Assembly: GCA_965656495.1 (NCBI GenBank)
Contig: CBFHKU010000004.1
Coordinates: 139,491-187,882 of the forward strand
Direction: 5' to 3'
Length of the DNA stretch: 48,392 nucleotides
From: Coraliomargaritaceae bacterium
GTDB lineage: Bacteria; Verrucomicrobiota; Verrucomicrobiia; Opitutales; Coraliomargaritaceae
The stretch's first letter is position 1; every line of letters starts with the position of its first letter. The notes beneath the pieces are model-generated. The model did not search any database, was not told the origin of the DNA, and saw only the letters and a program-made list of their open reading frames with translations. Positions 17,757-28,136 of this stretch are shown in pieces. Both the position numbers and the translations under genes were made by a program.

Positions 17757-20700
17757 CTACTGACAGGCCTCGCATTCTCCGCCGTTGATCATGGCGTCGA
17801 GGGAACAGGCCTGCTTTTCAGCTTCGGTAAATTCCTTCTTCGGCTCGGCAGCGGGGACGGTTTGATTTCCGGCGCGACCCCTTACTTCCTTCTTAACGCT
17901 GGTTGTAGCCTTCTCGATATTGGAGGCCCCGAGGGTGCGCAGGTAATAAGTGGTCTTGAGGCCCTTGTGCCAGGCTTCGCGATACATGTGTGAGAGGGTC
18001 TTGATGTCGGGCTGGGCGAGGAAGAGATTGACCGATTGAGACTGGTCGATCCATTTCTGGCGTCGCGCGGCGGCGTCGATGAAGTATTGGTATTCGATGG
18101 TGAAGGCGGTCTTGTATTTGTCGCGAAGGTCATCGGGGATGCCCTCAACGGAGTCCAGTTCACCGTCGAAGTATTTGAGCTGGTCGAGCATCTCAGCATT
18201 CCATAGGCCACGATCCTTGAGGTCGCGAACGAGCGGCCCATTGAGTACAATGAAGTCGCCGGAAAGGTTACTCTTCACGAAGAGGTTCTTATAGGTGGGC
18301 TCAATGCAGGGGGTGGTGCCCATGATATTGGAAATCGTGGCAGTGGGCGCGATTGCGAGGACGTTGGAATTGCGCATGCCCTGTTTGGCAATCTTTTCGC
18401 GCAGGGGTTTCCAGTCCATTTTTCCGGCGCGGGGTACCTTGACTTCTACGCCACGTTCTTCCTGAAGGAGGTCGAGGGTATCCTGCGGCATGAGGCCACG
18501 GTCCCACTTGGAACCCTTGTAGGTGCTGTAGGTGCCATGCTCGGCGGCGAGGTCGGAGGATGCCTCGTAAGCGTAGTAGGCAATGGCTTCCATGAACTCG
18601 TCGTTGAAATCGACGGCGGCCTCGGAGGCGAAGGGAATGCCCTTGCGGTAGAGGGCGTTTTGGAGCCCCATGATACCGAGCCCGACGGGGCGGTGACGGC
18701 TATTGGCGGTCTTGGCAGCCTCGGTGGGATAGAAGTTGATGTCGATGACGTTATCGAGGGCACGCACTGCGATACTGATGGTGTCGCGAAGTTTCTCGTG
18801 ATCGAGGTTTCCATCGCTGTCGAGGTGCGAATCCAACACGACCGAGCCGAGGTTACAAACGGCGGTTTCTTCGTCGCTGGTGTTGAGGGTGATCTCGGTG
18901 CAGAGGTTGGAACTGTGAATGACGCCGGTGTGGTCCTGGGGGCTGCGGAGGTTACAGGGATCCTTGAAGGTGATCCAGGGGTGCCCGGTTTCGAAGATCA
19001 TGCGGAGCATGGATTTCCAAAGGTCGATGGCGGGCATTTTTTGTCCGACGATTTCACCGCGCTCGGCTTGGGCTTCGCATTCGAGGTAGCGTTCTTCGAA
19101 GGCCTTGCCGTAGAGTTCGTGCAGGTCGGGTGCTTCGTTGGAACGGAAGAGGGTCCAGTCCTCGCGAGCCTCCATGCGCTTCATGAAGAGGTCGGGAATC
19201 CAGTTGGCGGTGTTCATGTCGTGGGTACGACGGCGGTCGTCCCCGGTGTTTTTGCGGAGTTCGAGGAAATCGAGGATGTCGTTGTGCCAGGTTTCGAGGT
19301 AAGCGCAACCGGAACCCCGGCGTTTGCCGCCCTGATTGACCGCGACGAGTTGGTCGTTGTGGAGCTTCAGGAAGGGAATGACGCCCTGGCTTTCGCCGTT
19401 GGTGCCCTTGATGAAACCACCGGTGCCGCGCACCGCAGTCCAGGAACCACCGAGTCCGCCCGCCCATTTGGAAAGGAAGGCGTTGTCGGCGATGCCTCGG
19501 TGCATGATGGATTCGATGCTATCGTCGACCTTGTAGAGATAACAGGAAGAAAGCTGTGAATGGAGGGTGCCGGAGTTGAAGAGCGTCGGCGTGGAGGAAC
19601 AGAAGCGGCGGCTTTTGTAGAGGTTGTAGAGGCGAATGACGTAGCCCTCGCGATCTTCCTTTTCGGCATGGAAGAGCCCCATCGAGACGCGCATCCAGAA
19701 GAACTGTGGCACTTCGAGGCGGCGGTGCGATTTGCTCGTTTTATCAACGATGAGGTAGCGGTCGTAAAGGGTTTGAATACCAAGGTAATCGAAGTCGAGG
19801 TCGGCAGATGGATCAAGGGCATCGCCCAGGCGCTCAAGGTCGTATTCGAGCAGCTTCGGGTTGAGGCGTTCGATTTCAATGGCGCGCTTGAGGTAGGTTT
19901 TCAAGCCACGGCGGTGGGCATCCTTGAGTTGATCCACCCCATCGCGCAGGATGTCCCAATCGAGGACTTCCTCGTAGATGAAGGTGAGGAGGATGCGGGC
20001 CGCGAAACGTGCGAAGTCGGCGTCGCGCTCGATGAGGGCTTTCGCGTTGAGAATGATGGTTTTCTTGAGGTCGCTGCGCTGCATCTCAGGGTAGATCGAG
20101 CGGCGCAGTTCCGATTCCACGTCCTCGGGGCTCATGTCGATTTTCAGACCGATCATGGCGTATTCGATGCGGCGCTTAAGGTCGACCCCGTCCCAGAAGT
20201 TGCTGTCACCATTAGCCTCGGTGACCACGATCATGGAGTCCTGCTGGGTTTCGTCCTGCGCGGCGACACCGCTCTCCTCACGGAGACGGGCGCGGTGCGC
20301 ACGGTAAAGAATGTAGGATTCCGCAACTTTGAAGTGACCCTGGCGCATCATTTCTTCCTGCACGCTGTCCTGCACATCCTCGATATTGATGAAAGCCTGC
20401 CCGGAACGGTTGAGGCGATCCGTGACGGCCTGCGCAATCGCGACCGCGGGTGACGAATCGAGCTCGAGGGAGAGAAAGGATTTGCGAACCGCGATTTCGA
20501 TCTTGGCCTCATTCCATGGAACGACCTGCTTGTTGCGGCGGATCAGACGAATGGATACCGGAAGCCGCTCCGTTTCGGTATCGCGCTGTTGGCGGGAAAG
20601 AACGAGGCTCTTGGCAACATCATAGGCGTCGTTTTCGATGAGGGCCTTTTCAATGAGGAGGTTGATGTCGTGCGCGGTAAGTTTTAACTCCTTGCCCTGC

Positions 20701-21011
20701 TCGATTTGCGCAGCGAGCACTTCCCCGACGTTTTCCGCGACCTTCGCGACGAACTGGCGATTCATCTCGGTAAAGATTTCCTCTTCCTGACGCGACAGCA
20801 GCAAATCCGTCAGGGCGGTGCCGATGGTTTCTGCGATTTCGGCGAGGTCGAAGGCACGCTCTTCACCGGCTGCTTCGACTTTGATCTCAGGACGGTTGAG
20901 GCGGTCTTCGTTAATCACGCCGCGCCAATCAAAGCGGGGCTTGTCTTCCTTGGGAGTAGAGGTGAAACGCTTCAGTTCGAGATCTTCGTCAAATGCCAGT
21001 TTGTGAATCAT
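17757..21011 (-). CDS. nrdA: Class I ribonucleotide reductase alpha subunit with multiple N-terminal ATP-cones
   Basis: TPTLFNSG, SSCY, SSNLCTEI, VCNLGS, APTATIS, DQSQS, KTTYYLR and C-terminal CEACQ. Confidence 0.97.
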   Translation of the reverse strand: MIHKLAFDEDLELKRFTSTPKEDKPRFDWRGVINEDRLNRPEIKVEAAGEERAFDLAEIAETIGTALTDLLLSRQEEEIFTEMNRQFVAKVAENVGEVLAAQIEQGKELKLTAHDINLLIEKALIENDAYDVAKSLVLSRQQRDTETERLPVSIRLIRRNKQVVPWNEAKIEIAVRKSFLSLELDSSPAVAIAQAVTDRLNRSGQAFINIEDVQDSVQEEMMRQGHFKVAESYILYRAHRARLREESGVAAQDETQQDSMIVVTEANGDSNFWDGVDLKRRIEYAMIGLKIDMSPEDVESELRRSIYPEMQRSDLKKTIILNAKALIERDADFARFAARILLTFIYEEVLDWDILRDGVDQLKDAHRRGLKTYLKRAIEIERLNPKLLEYDLERLGDALDPSADLDFDYLGIQTLYDRYLIVDKTSKSHRRLEVPQFFWMRVSMGLFHAEKEDREGYVIRLYNLYKSRRFCSSTPTLFNSGTLHSQLSSCYLYKVDDSIESIMHRGIADNAFLSKWAGGLGGSWTAVRGTGGFIKGTNGESQGVIPFLKLHNDQLVAVNQGGKRRGSGCAYLETWHNDILDFLELRKNTGDDRRRTHDMNTANWIPDLFMKRMEAREDWTLFRSNEAPDLHELYGKAFEERYLECEAQAERGEIVGQKMPAIDLWKSMLRMIFETGHPWITFKDPCNLRSPQDHTGVIHSSNLCTEITLNTSDEETAVCNLGSVVLDSHLDSDGNLDHEKLRDTISIAVRALDNVIDINFYPTEAAKTANSRHRPVGLGIMGLQNALYRKGIPFASEAAVDFNDEFMEAIAYYAYEASSDLAAEHGTYSTYKGSKWDRGLMPQDTLDLLQEERGVEVKVPRAGKMDWKPLREKIAKQGMRNSNVLAIAPTATISNIMGTTPCIEPTYKNLFVKSNLSGDFIVLNGPLVRDLKDRGLWNAEMLDQLKYFDGELDSVEGIPDDLRDKYKTAFTIEYQYFIDAAARRQKWIDQSQSVNLFLAQPDIKTLSHMYREAWHKGLKTTYYLRTLGASNIEKATTSVKKEVRGRAGNQTVPAAEPKKEFTEAEKQACSLDAMINGGECEACQ

Positions 21012-21064
21012 AGAGTTAGTTTTTCTTTTAAGTTTAGGTGGGGAGTCGGGGTAAAAATAGGAAA

Positions 21065-21091
21065 AGGGTTCGGCGCGGGACGCCGAACCCT
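21065..21091 (-). terminator. GC-rich hairpin between nrdB and nrdA
   Basis: Perfect 11-bp stem AGGGTTCGGCG/CGCCGAACCCT with a 5-nt loop, followed on the minus strand by TTTCCTATTTTT. Confidence 0.55.
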
Positions 21092-21104
21092 CGTGAAAGT
21101 TGAT

Positions 21105-22187
<1,083 letters not shown>

Positions 22188-22365
22188 TATTGAGGGAATT
22201 GCGCGCTTGATTGGCATTGTTGATGGTTGATTCTACAACAAATCAGCGTTTGCGGCCATTTTAGGCAGCCGATCCACTAATTTTGTGCAGTAGGTATATT
22301 TCATCAGCAATTTACGTTACTGATGAAGGAAAATGAGCCCGTTCTATCCCCCTGTCAACTCATCA

Positions 22366-22412
22366 ACACAATATATTGTACTTTTTTTAAAAAAAATCAC
22401 TACATCTAGTAA
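22366..22412. promoter_or_regulatory. Tandem NrdR boxes
   Basis: ACACAATATATTGTAC (22366-22381) and TCACTACATCTAGTAA (22397-22412), 31 bp apart, match acaCwAtATaTwGtgt upstream of nrdBA. Confidence 0.85.
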
Positions 22413-22432
22413 TAATCCACAAGTTATTCACA
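22413..22432 (+). promoter_or_regulatory. Possible DnaA boxes beside the NrdR boxes
   Basis: TAATCCACA (22413-22421, one mismatch) and TTATTCACA (22424-22432, fits TTWTNCACA). Confidence 0.45.
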
Positions 22433-22609
22433 ATCAAGCGTGAACAAGTTCCGTCTGTATTCTCGTAACTTTTTAAAAATATCCCCACTCAGGAGCGTAA
22501 CTTTCTAGTTTTGAGGACGATACCCATCTTTGCCATGCTTGCCAAGACCCTCAACTACAGTCATTCTTTTTTTCCGCTACCCTCAGCAGCGCCGGATCCA
22601 AAACCTGTC

Positions 22610-23185
22610 ATGAGCCCATCCCCTCGTTCGGAATCTTCTATTGAGAACATCGACAGTGCCTGCATGCGCGCCGCCGCCGAGGGCGATACCAGCGCTTTTA
22701 AAAGTATTGTCGATCGTTGGCAAACGCGCCTCATCGGCTTCTTCTACCGCAGCCTCGGCAACCGGGTGGATGCCGAAGACCTCACCCAAGAGACCTTTGT
22801 TCACCTCTATCGCGCCCTTCCCCGCTATGAGTCCCGCAACACCTTTAATGCCTACCTCTTCACCCTCGCCCGCCGTCGCCTCATCGATTTCCAACGGCGC
22901 CGCGCCCGCCGGCCCCTCGAATTCATCGACCCAAATGACTGGCCTCTCCAGCAACAAGCCAGCCCGGAAAATTGCACTGCCGAAATCGAAAAAGCCTTTC
23001 ACCGCGCCCTTCACGATCTGCCCGCCAAACAGCGGCAAGCCATCCTGCTGCTTCAACAACAAAACCTCAGCTACGAGGAAATCGCGCAGGCCCTCGGCGC
23101 CAGCATCGCCTCCGTCAAAACCTCCATCCACCGCGCCCGCACCCATTTGCGCGAAGCCCTCAAAGAATTCCGACACATCCTTTAA
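22610..23185 (+). CDS. ECF RNA polymerase sigma factor
   Basis: Region 2 DAEDLTQETFV..FNAYLFTLARRRLID and region 4 LPAKQRQAILL..LSYEEIAQALG..VKTSIHRAR. Start uncertain (22511-22610). Confidence 0.92.
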   Translation: MSPSPRSESSIENIDSACMRAAAEGDTSAFKSIVDRWQTRLIGFFYRSLGNRVDAEDLTQETFVHLYRALPRYESRNTFNAYLFTLARRRLIDFQRRRARRPLEFIDPNDWPLQQQASPENCTAEIEKAFHRALHDLPAKQRQAILLLQQQNLSYEEIAQALGASIASVKTSIHRARTHLREALKEFRHIL

Positions 23186-23199
23186 ATCCAACACGCCCG

Positions 23200-23592
23200 A
23201 TGAAAGACAAGCATTCAACTGATCCACTCGATGCCACTATCGATTCCCTCCTCCGCGTCCAGCCGCTCAAGGCTCCGGACGACCTGCCCGAACGAGTTCT
23301 CACAGCAGCACAGCAGGCGTCTCATGAGCAGCACGACGCACGGCAAAGCTATCCCATGGGAAAAAGACCATTGTACTGCGCCCTGCCCCTTGCCGCCGCC
23401 CTCGCGCTGGCCTTTATCCTCTGGCCCGGCATGCAAACTCCGGAAAACGCACCCAGCCTGAGCTTTGACGAAGCGCAGGAAATTCTGCGCATGGAAGCCA
23501 GCCTGCAAGCGCTCATCCCCCTGCAGGACGATGAAAACTTTACCGCCAATGGTCTCCTCGCCACCTTTGAAACCGCCACCTTCACACTCTGA
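23200..23592 (+). CDS. Putative membrane anti-sigma factor
   Basis: DPLDATIDSLL..PLKAPDDLPERVL followed by a single TM (LPLAAALALAFILW); directly after the ECF sigma gene. Confidence 0.7.
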   Translation: MKDKHSTDPLDATIDSLLRVQPLKAPDDLPERVLTAAQQASHEQHDARQSYPMGKRPLYCALPLAAALALAFILWPGMQTPENAPSLSFDEAQEILRMEASLQALIPLQDDENFTANGLLATFETATFTL

Positions 23593-23595
23593 CGC

Positions 23596-24147
23596 ATGAT
23601 GAAAGCGCTCCACGCCATCACCACCCTCCTGTTGCTCTGCCTGAGCCTGCTCCCGCTGCAGGAAACCCATGCCCAACACAGCAAGCAACACGAGCACCAA
23701 AACAAACCCCAAGGCCGCCTCCTCATGCACCTCCTCAAGATGGATACCGCGGAGCTCACCGAACTGCGCCGCACCCTCGAACGCATCGAAGCAATGTCGC
23801 CCGAAGAAAAAAAAGCCTTCAGCAAAAGCGTGCAACGCCTCCAAAACATGCCGCCCGAGACCGCTCAAAAACTTCACCATGGGTACCACTCCATTCCACC
23901 CGAACAACGCGAAGCCATGCTACAGCGCTGGCGTGAAATGACCCCTGAACAACGACATGAATGGCGCGAGCGCATGAACGCACTCGAACCCGCAGAGCGC
24001 CTCAAACAAATCCAGAAAGAAGGCATCCTGCCCGGCCCTCGCTACGGCGGCAAACGCGAAGGCCTCCCCATCCCACCCAAGAAAAGCAAGCGCACCGTAG
24101 CGCCTCCCGAGCCCTCCAAAAGCGACGCCCCACCTGAAGAAAATTGA
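23596..24147 (+). CDS. Secreted helical-repeat protein, DUF3106-like
   Basis: Signal peptide and repeated (M/I)xPE(E/Q)(K/R) helices, e.g. WREMTPEQRHEWRER. Confidence 0.7.
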   Translation: MMKALHAITTLLLLCLSLLPLQETHAQHSKQHEHQNKPQGRLLMHLLKMDTAELTELRRTLERIEAMSPEEKKAFSKSVQRLQNMPPETAQKLHHGYHSIPPEQREAMLQRWREMTPEQRHEWRERMNALEPAERLKQIQKEGILPGPRYGGKREGLPIPPKKSKRTVAPPEPSKSDAPPEEN

Positions 24148-24220
24148 CTCAGCGCAGGCTTGACAGTTCTGGCCCGCTCAACACGCTTCTCAACTCGGTC
24201 GCCACTAGGTGGCCTCACCT

Positions 24221-24293
<73 letters not shown>

Positions 24294-24310
24294 GGACCTG
24301 AATTTTGGAC

Positions 24311-24386
<76 letters not shown>

Positions 24387-24402
24387 CTCAATCCCAGTAA
24401 AT

Positions 24403-24432
24403 AAGCGGTCTCCAGACGGAGGCCGCTTTTTT
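24403..24432 (+). terminator. Intrinsic terminator after the tRNA pair
   Basis: AAGCGGTCTCC-AGAC-GGAGGCCGCTT followed by a T-run. Confidence 0.85.
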
Positions 24433-24647
24433 GTGCCCAATCGAAATATATTAATAGGCGATTTATACGGGACTCATTTAACCTGCGATGACCCTGAGAC
24501 GGTAGTTATTAAAGTTTTTGAATCCGTATGCTCTACGCTGAATGGCTCAACTTTGTAAAAGTGAAAGGTTTTTAGCTTCATACTAAAGGGGCCAAGCGCA
24601 AAAAGTCCATCGTGTGAAGTCGCATGCGCAGCATGAAAAGACCGCGC

Positions 24648-25880
24648 TTAACCCAGCACCTTTCTCAACCCAAGTATTCGTTTCTGAATCAAACGACCCA
24701 CCGCGACTTCTGCCTCGCTTTTAGAGTTTCCAGACTGGACCTCGACGATTTCCGTGAACTGAAGAACCTGCTTCCGGGCCTGCTTTTTCGAAAACCCGAT
24801 CTCGCCCCAGAGTCGTTCCCAGTCATTCAACCTCAACTTATCGGGCAGATATTGTCCGCCTATTTTCATCGCCATTTTGGGCGAAAGTTCAGGGTAAGTT
24901 GCAGTGCTGACGCAATCGTAGAAGGGAGCCAGCTCGACGACGCGCCCTCCCCGCACCTCCCGATACAGCAGGGAAAAATTTTTGCCATGTGCATCATTGT
25001 TCCCGATGAGGTAGTTAAAGACGACACCATTAAATAATTGAATCAAATCACGACCAGGCGCAGTGGCAGCACGTCGCACCAAGTCGAAACAATCGCTCAA
25101 CCCAGGACCACCTTCATTCTGATACTTGATTCGCGTGGGGATCCCCAGGGCCTGACAGAAGTCTTCCTGGTGCAAACGCAGGATACTGCCCTCCGCATCG
25201 ACCCTTCGGTCGTATCGCTCGACCAGCAGGCAACGATGTTTACCAAAGTTGGCCGGCACCGCACGCGATGCGGGCAGGCCACACGCCCCGGCCAGTCGAA
25301 GACAATAGGCTTCATTCTCTACCAAATGCGGAAAGCGTTCTATCTCAGGTTTGAGGATATGGGTGCTGGGCGACTCGTTCAGCGGCAGGGCAAAACCTTC
25401 TTTTCCCTTGTAGAGTGCGATCTTGTTCTGTGCCCCCGCCAGCGACAGCCGAACCTCGCCTTGCCCCGCAAGCAAGGGTCGCTGCGGCAACTGATCAAGC
25501 AGATCGACGAGTTCCACATCGGAGACGGATTGGTAGTCTTGAGCATGCGACACCTCCGGAGCATCCGCTTCCAATAAGCTGACGGCACCCGCGCATTCGC
25601 CACCGATCTCGCGCAGCATCGCAAAATCGTTCCGTGCACTGATCCCGAGATTTCGAGCAATAATTTCGCGGTTGTATTCTTCAGGCAGCAGGCCTCCAAA
25701 AAATCCCACGCACTGGCGCTCATCAAATAGCCGATCCTCGAGCGGCAGAGATTGCGAAAGCGGATGCGCCCCCACTTTCTGCAGCCAGTCTTTCGTGTAA
25801 CGAAACTCAATCCGCCCAGTTGACGTCTGCTCAAGGTTTCCGACTGGCTGACCCAGTAAATAAACCTGCAGCGTTTTCAT
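24648..25880 (-). CDS. hipA: HipA-family Ser/Thr kinase toxin
   Basis: N-terminal couple domain (LSQSLP, FFGGLLPE, GGECAGA), SLAGAQNK, HILKP, RLHQEDFCQALG, GNNDAHGKNFS, LAPFYD. Confidence 0.95.
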   Translation of the reverse strand: MKTLQVYLLGQPVGNLEQTSTGRIEFRYTKDWLQKVGAHPLSQSLPLEDRLFDERQCVGFFGGLLPEEYNREIIARNLGISARNDFAMLREIGGECAGAVSLLEADAPEVSHAQDYQSVSDVELVDLLDQLPQRPLLAGQGEVRLSLAGAQNKIALYKGKEGFALPLNESPSTHILKPEIERFPHLVENEAYCLRLAGACGLPASRAVPANFGKHRCLLVERYDRRVDAEGSILRLHQEDFCQALGIPTRIKYQNEGGPGLSDCFDLVRRAATAPGRDLIQLFNGVVFNYLIGNNDAHGKNFSLLYREVRGGRVVELAPFYDCVSTATYPELSPKMAMKIGGQYLPDKLRLNDWERLWGEIGFSKKQARKQVLQFTEIVEVQSGNSKSEAEVAVGRLIQKRILGLRKVLG

Positions 25881-26107
25881 GATCCCTCACCCCCTGACGA
25901 CGCGTCAGACCCACGCAAGCCGATCCGTATGCCAAGCGCAGCCAGCACATCCAGCGTCTTGCCGAGCTGGCAGGTCGGCTTGCCTCGCTCCAATTCGGAG
26001 ATGAAGCGCTGGGCGGTATTCGCGATCATTGCCAGATCCGACTGCGTGAGCCCCTGCGACTTGCGTGTCTCACGTATCAGCGCTCCTATCTCTTGACTCG
26101 TCTTCAT
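25877..26107 (-). CDS. hipB: HipB-like XRE HTH antitoxin
   Basis: IRETRKSQGLTQSDLA..FISELERGKPT; 4-bp overlap with hipA. Start at MKTSQ (26107). Confidence 0.9.
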   Translation of the reverse strand: MKTSQEIGALIRETRKSQGLTQSDLAMIANTAQRFISELERGKPTCQLGKTLDVLAALGIRIGLRGSDASSGGEGS

Positions 26108-26116
26108 ATCAAATAA

Positions 26117-26226
26117 TACAGAACGGTAATAAAATACACCGAGGCGCACGATGCAATCAAAATTTTCCCGAACGGTAAAATATCAAAAGATTCTCAACCT
26201 CAGCCCCATTATGATACCGACCGGTA
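26117..26226. promoter_or_regulatory. Three palindromic operators (TACCGNNCGGTA) upstream of hipB
   Basis: TACAGAACGGTA (26117), TCCCGAACGGTA (26166) and TACCGACCGGTA (26215), spaced exactly 49 bp apart. Confidence 0.8.
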
Positions 26227-26403
26227 ATATAAAAAACAACAGATTTGCCGTGTAAATCAGCCGCCGGAGCCATATTTGAGGGATTTGCTCCAGATTCAGA
26301 ATGCTCTTACACAACATTCAAAACGTTTTGATAGTCGTACAGAGCTCCACTTTTATTTGGGTCCATTAACAGGTTCAGCTTACCTGACTTCGAATAAGAC
26401 CAC

Positions 26404-27408
26404 TTACAGGCCCTCCTGTCGGTCCATCCATTCGACGACAAGGAGGTGTGGTACGGTAAGGGATGAAATCACCACGAGGTAGATCCCTATGAATGCGCTG
26501 AGGTCGACCGATCCGCGAAGGAGAAGCAGGACTACCGCGAGGATAAGAACGGAAGCGAGGGTAAAGGGGAGCGCCTGGCAATAGAATCGTTTGAATTGTG
26601 CAAAGGCTGTGCCGCATTCGTCTTCGCTGCCTTCGTAGCGGATGAGACGCAAGACATGCCGGAAACCATGCCACAGGCAAAAGTACAGGCCAATCGCAAG
26701 GACTGGTGGTATCAGCACAAAGAACGCGATAAGCCCGAGGTCTTCCGCCAAGCGCAGCTTCCGTTGTTCTCCTTGGTAGCTTAGGTAGGCAAGCTCGCTC
26801 AAAAGAAGCAGGATCAGGGCGATCAAAATGATGAATGGAAGTGTCGTGCCCAATTCATATTCATAGCCAAAGGCAATAGAACAACTGTTCAGAATTGCCT
26901 CGGTTGCATCCGGAAAGGCCAAAAAGGGAATTCCGATGGGGAACATTCCGCGCAGGAAGCTGTGGTTGAACTTTAGAATTCGGGGGGTGGTTTGAAGTGC
27001 CGCAGGATTGAGCAAGCCTTCAAAGGCGAGGTCCGCCCTCCCCCAATGATAGATCGTGATTCCGAGAAATAGAATCACTGCCACAAGTGGAGCGAGCCAC
27101 CACAAGCAAAGCATCGCGACCACAAAACTCAGATAGATGAGACAAACCAGCGTGAGGGCTTTAAGGCTAAGGCTGCGCTTTGCGAGTCCCAGAACCACTA
27201 GATGATCAATCGCACCGTGCGGGAGGCCAAACAGAAGCACACTGGCAAGCATCGGGAGGTAAAGCGGCAGACCCGCATCGAGGTCCAGCACCACCATTAC
27301 CAGGCCGAGGAGACCCCCCGCGAGCGCGAGGCCATTTGCAAAACGCGTTCCCATGCTGGGTTTACCGGCAGGCGGCTTGAGCGGGCTCCAATGAAAAATC
27401 GGTCTCAT
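26404..27408 (-). CDS. blh: Beta-carotene 15,15'-dioxygenase (Brp/Blh)
   Basis: GLPHGAIDH, YHWG, YFCLWHGFRH and LTVPH His ligands; multiple TM helices; last gene of the rhodopsin operon. Confidence 0.93.
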   Translation of the reverse strand: MRPIFHWSPLKPPAGKPSMGTRFANGLALAGGLLGLVMVVLDLDAGLPLYLPMLASVLLFGLPHGAIDHLVVLGLAKRSLSLKALTLVCLIYLSFVVAMLCLWWLAPLVAVILFLGITIYHWGRADLAFEGLLNPAALQTTPRILKFNHSFLRGMFPIGIPFLAFPDATEAILNSCSIAFGYEYELGTTLPFIILIALILLLLSELAYLSYQGEQRKLRLAEDLGLIAFFVLIPPVLAIGLYFCLWHGFRHVLRLIRYEGSEDECGTAFAQFKRFYCQALPFTLASVLILAVVLLLLRGSVDLSAFIGIYLVVISSLTVPHLLVVEWMDRQEGL

Positions 27409-28136
27409 ACGCGCCGTAAGCTATGCCAAAGTACAAGGCCCTGAGCCAAGAGCAGACTGGTTATAAAGAAAAAGAAGGTTTCCTCAAAAGGCAGCTGTCC
27501 CATTTCCCAACCCGTGCGAGTCATTGGATTAATGCTCCAAATCCCGTCCGCAATCGCAAAGGCATCTGCGATTGAAAAATAGAGCGTAGGCAAAAGGCTT
27601 GCCACAAGAATAAGCCCAAGCTTTTGCTGCAGTGCCCGTGGATCAAAAAACCACTGGAGCACGAGCGGCGGCACAAACCAGAGCAAGGTGAGCGAAAGGT
27701 AACCGAATCGTTCCTGTTTTAACAGACTGGCAGCAAGGAGCATCAGCAGGATGCCTGCGATTAGGACGATGGCGCGACTGCCCATCTGCCGCTCGCGCCA
27801 AGTGCTCTCTATCTTGAGCCCTCGCAGAAAAAAGGTCGCGAATAAGGTGCTGTTAAAAAGCGGCATCAAAATAAAAAAGAGGTATTCTTCGAGTGGCACG
27901 TAGCCCATTACCCCGATCACGCGCTCCGCGCCATAGGACCATATCCCCCGCGCCACGATAAAATTATCCCAGGGCGTCGTCCAAAGGAAGGCGATCAAAG
28001 CGAGTATGGCGCTACCCACCCAATGCCATTGCAAGAGCATGGACTGCGGTTTGAGGTGCGCGCGGGCTTTCAAATATAAAAGGAGAAGGCAGGTCGGTGC
28101 AACCACCCACAGCAGAAGAAAAGTCAGGTAACTCAT
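27405..28136 (-). CDS. crtY: Membrane-integral lycopene beta-cyclase (fused CrtYc/d type)
   Basis: Two repeats, TTPWDN..GIW..PLEEYLFF and D.FAI..GIW..LPFEETFFF. Start MSYLTF at 28136 overlaps the crtB stop. Confidence 0.88.
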   Translation of the reverse strand: MSYLTFLLLWVVAPTCLLLLYLKARAHLKPQSMLLQWHWVGSAILALIAFLWTTPWDNFIVARGIWSYGAERVIGVMGYVPLEEYLFFILMPLFNSTLFATFFLRGLKIESTWRERQMGSRAIVLIAGILLMLLAASLLKQERFGYLSLTLLWFVPPLVLQWFFDPRALQQKLGLILVASLLPTLYFSIADAFAIADGIWSINPMTRTGWEMGQLPFEETFFFFITSLLLAQGLVLWHSLRRV

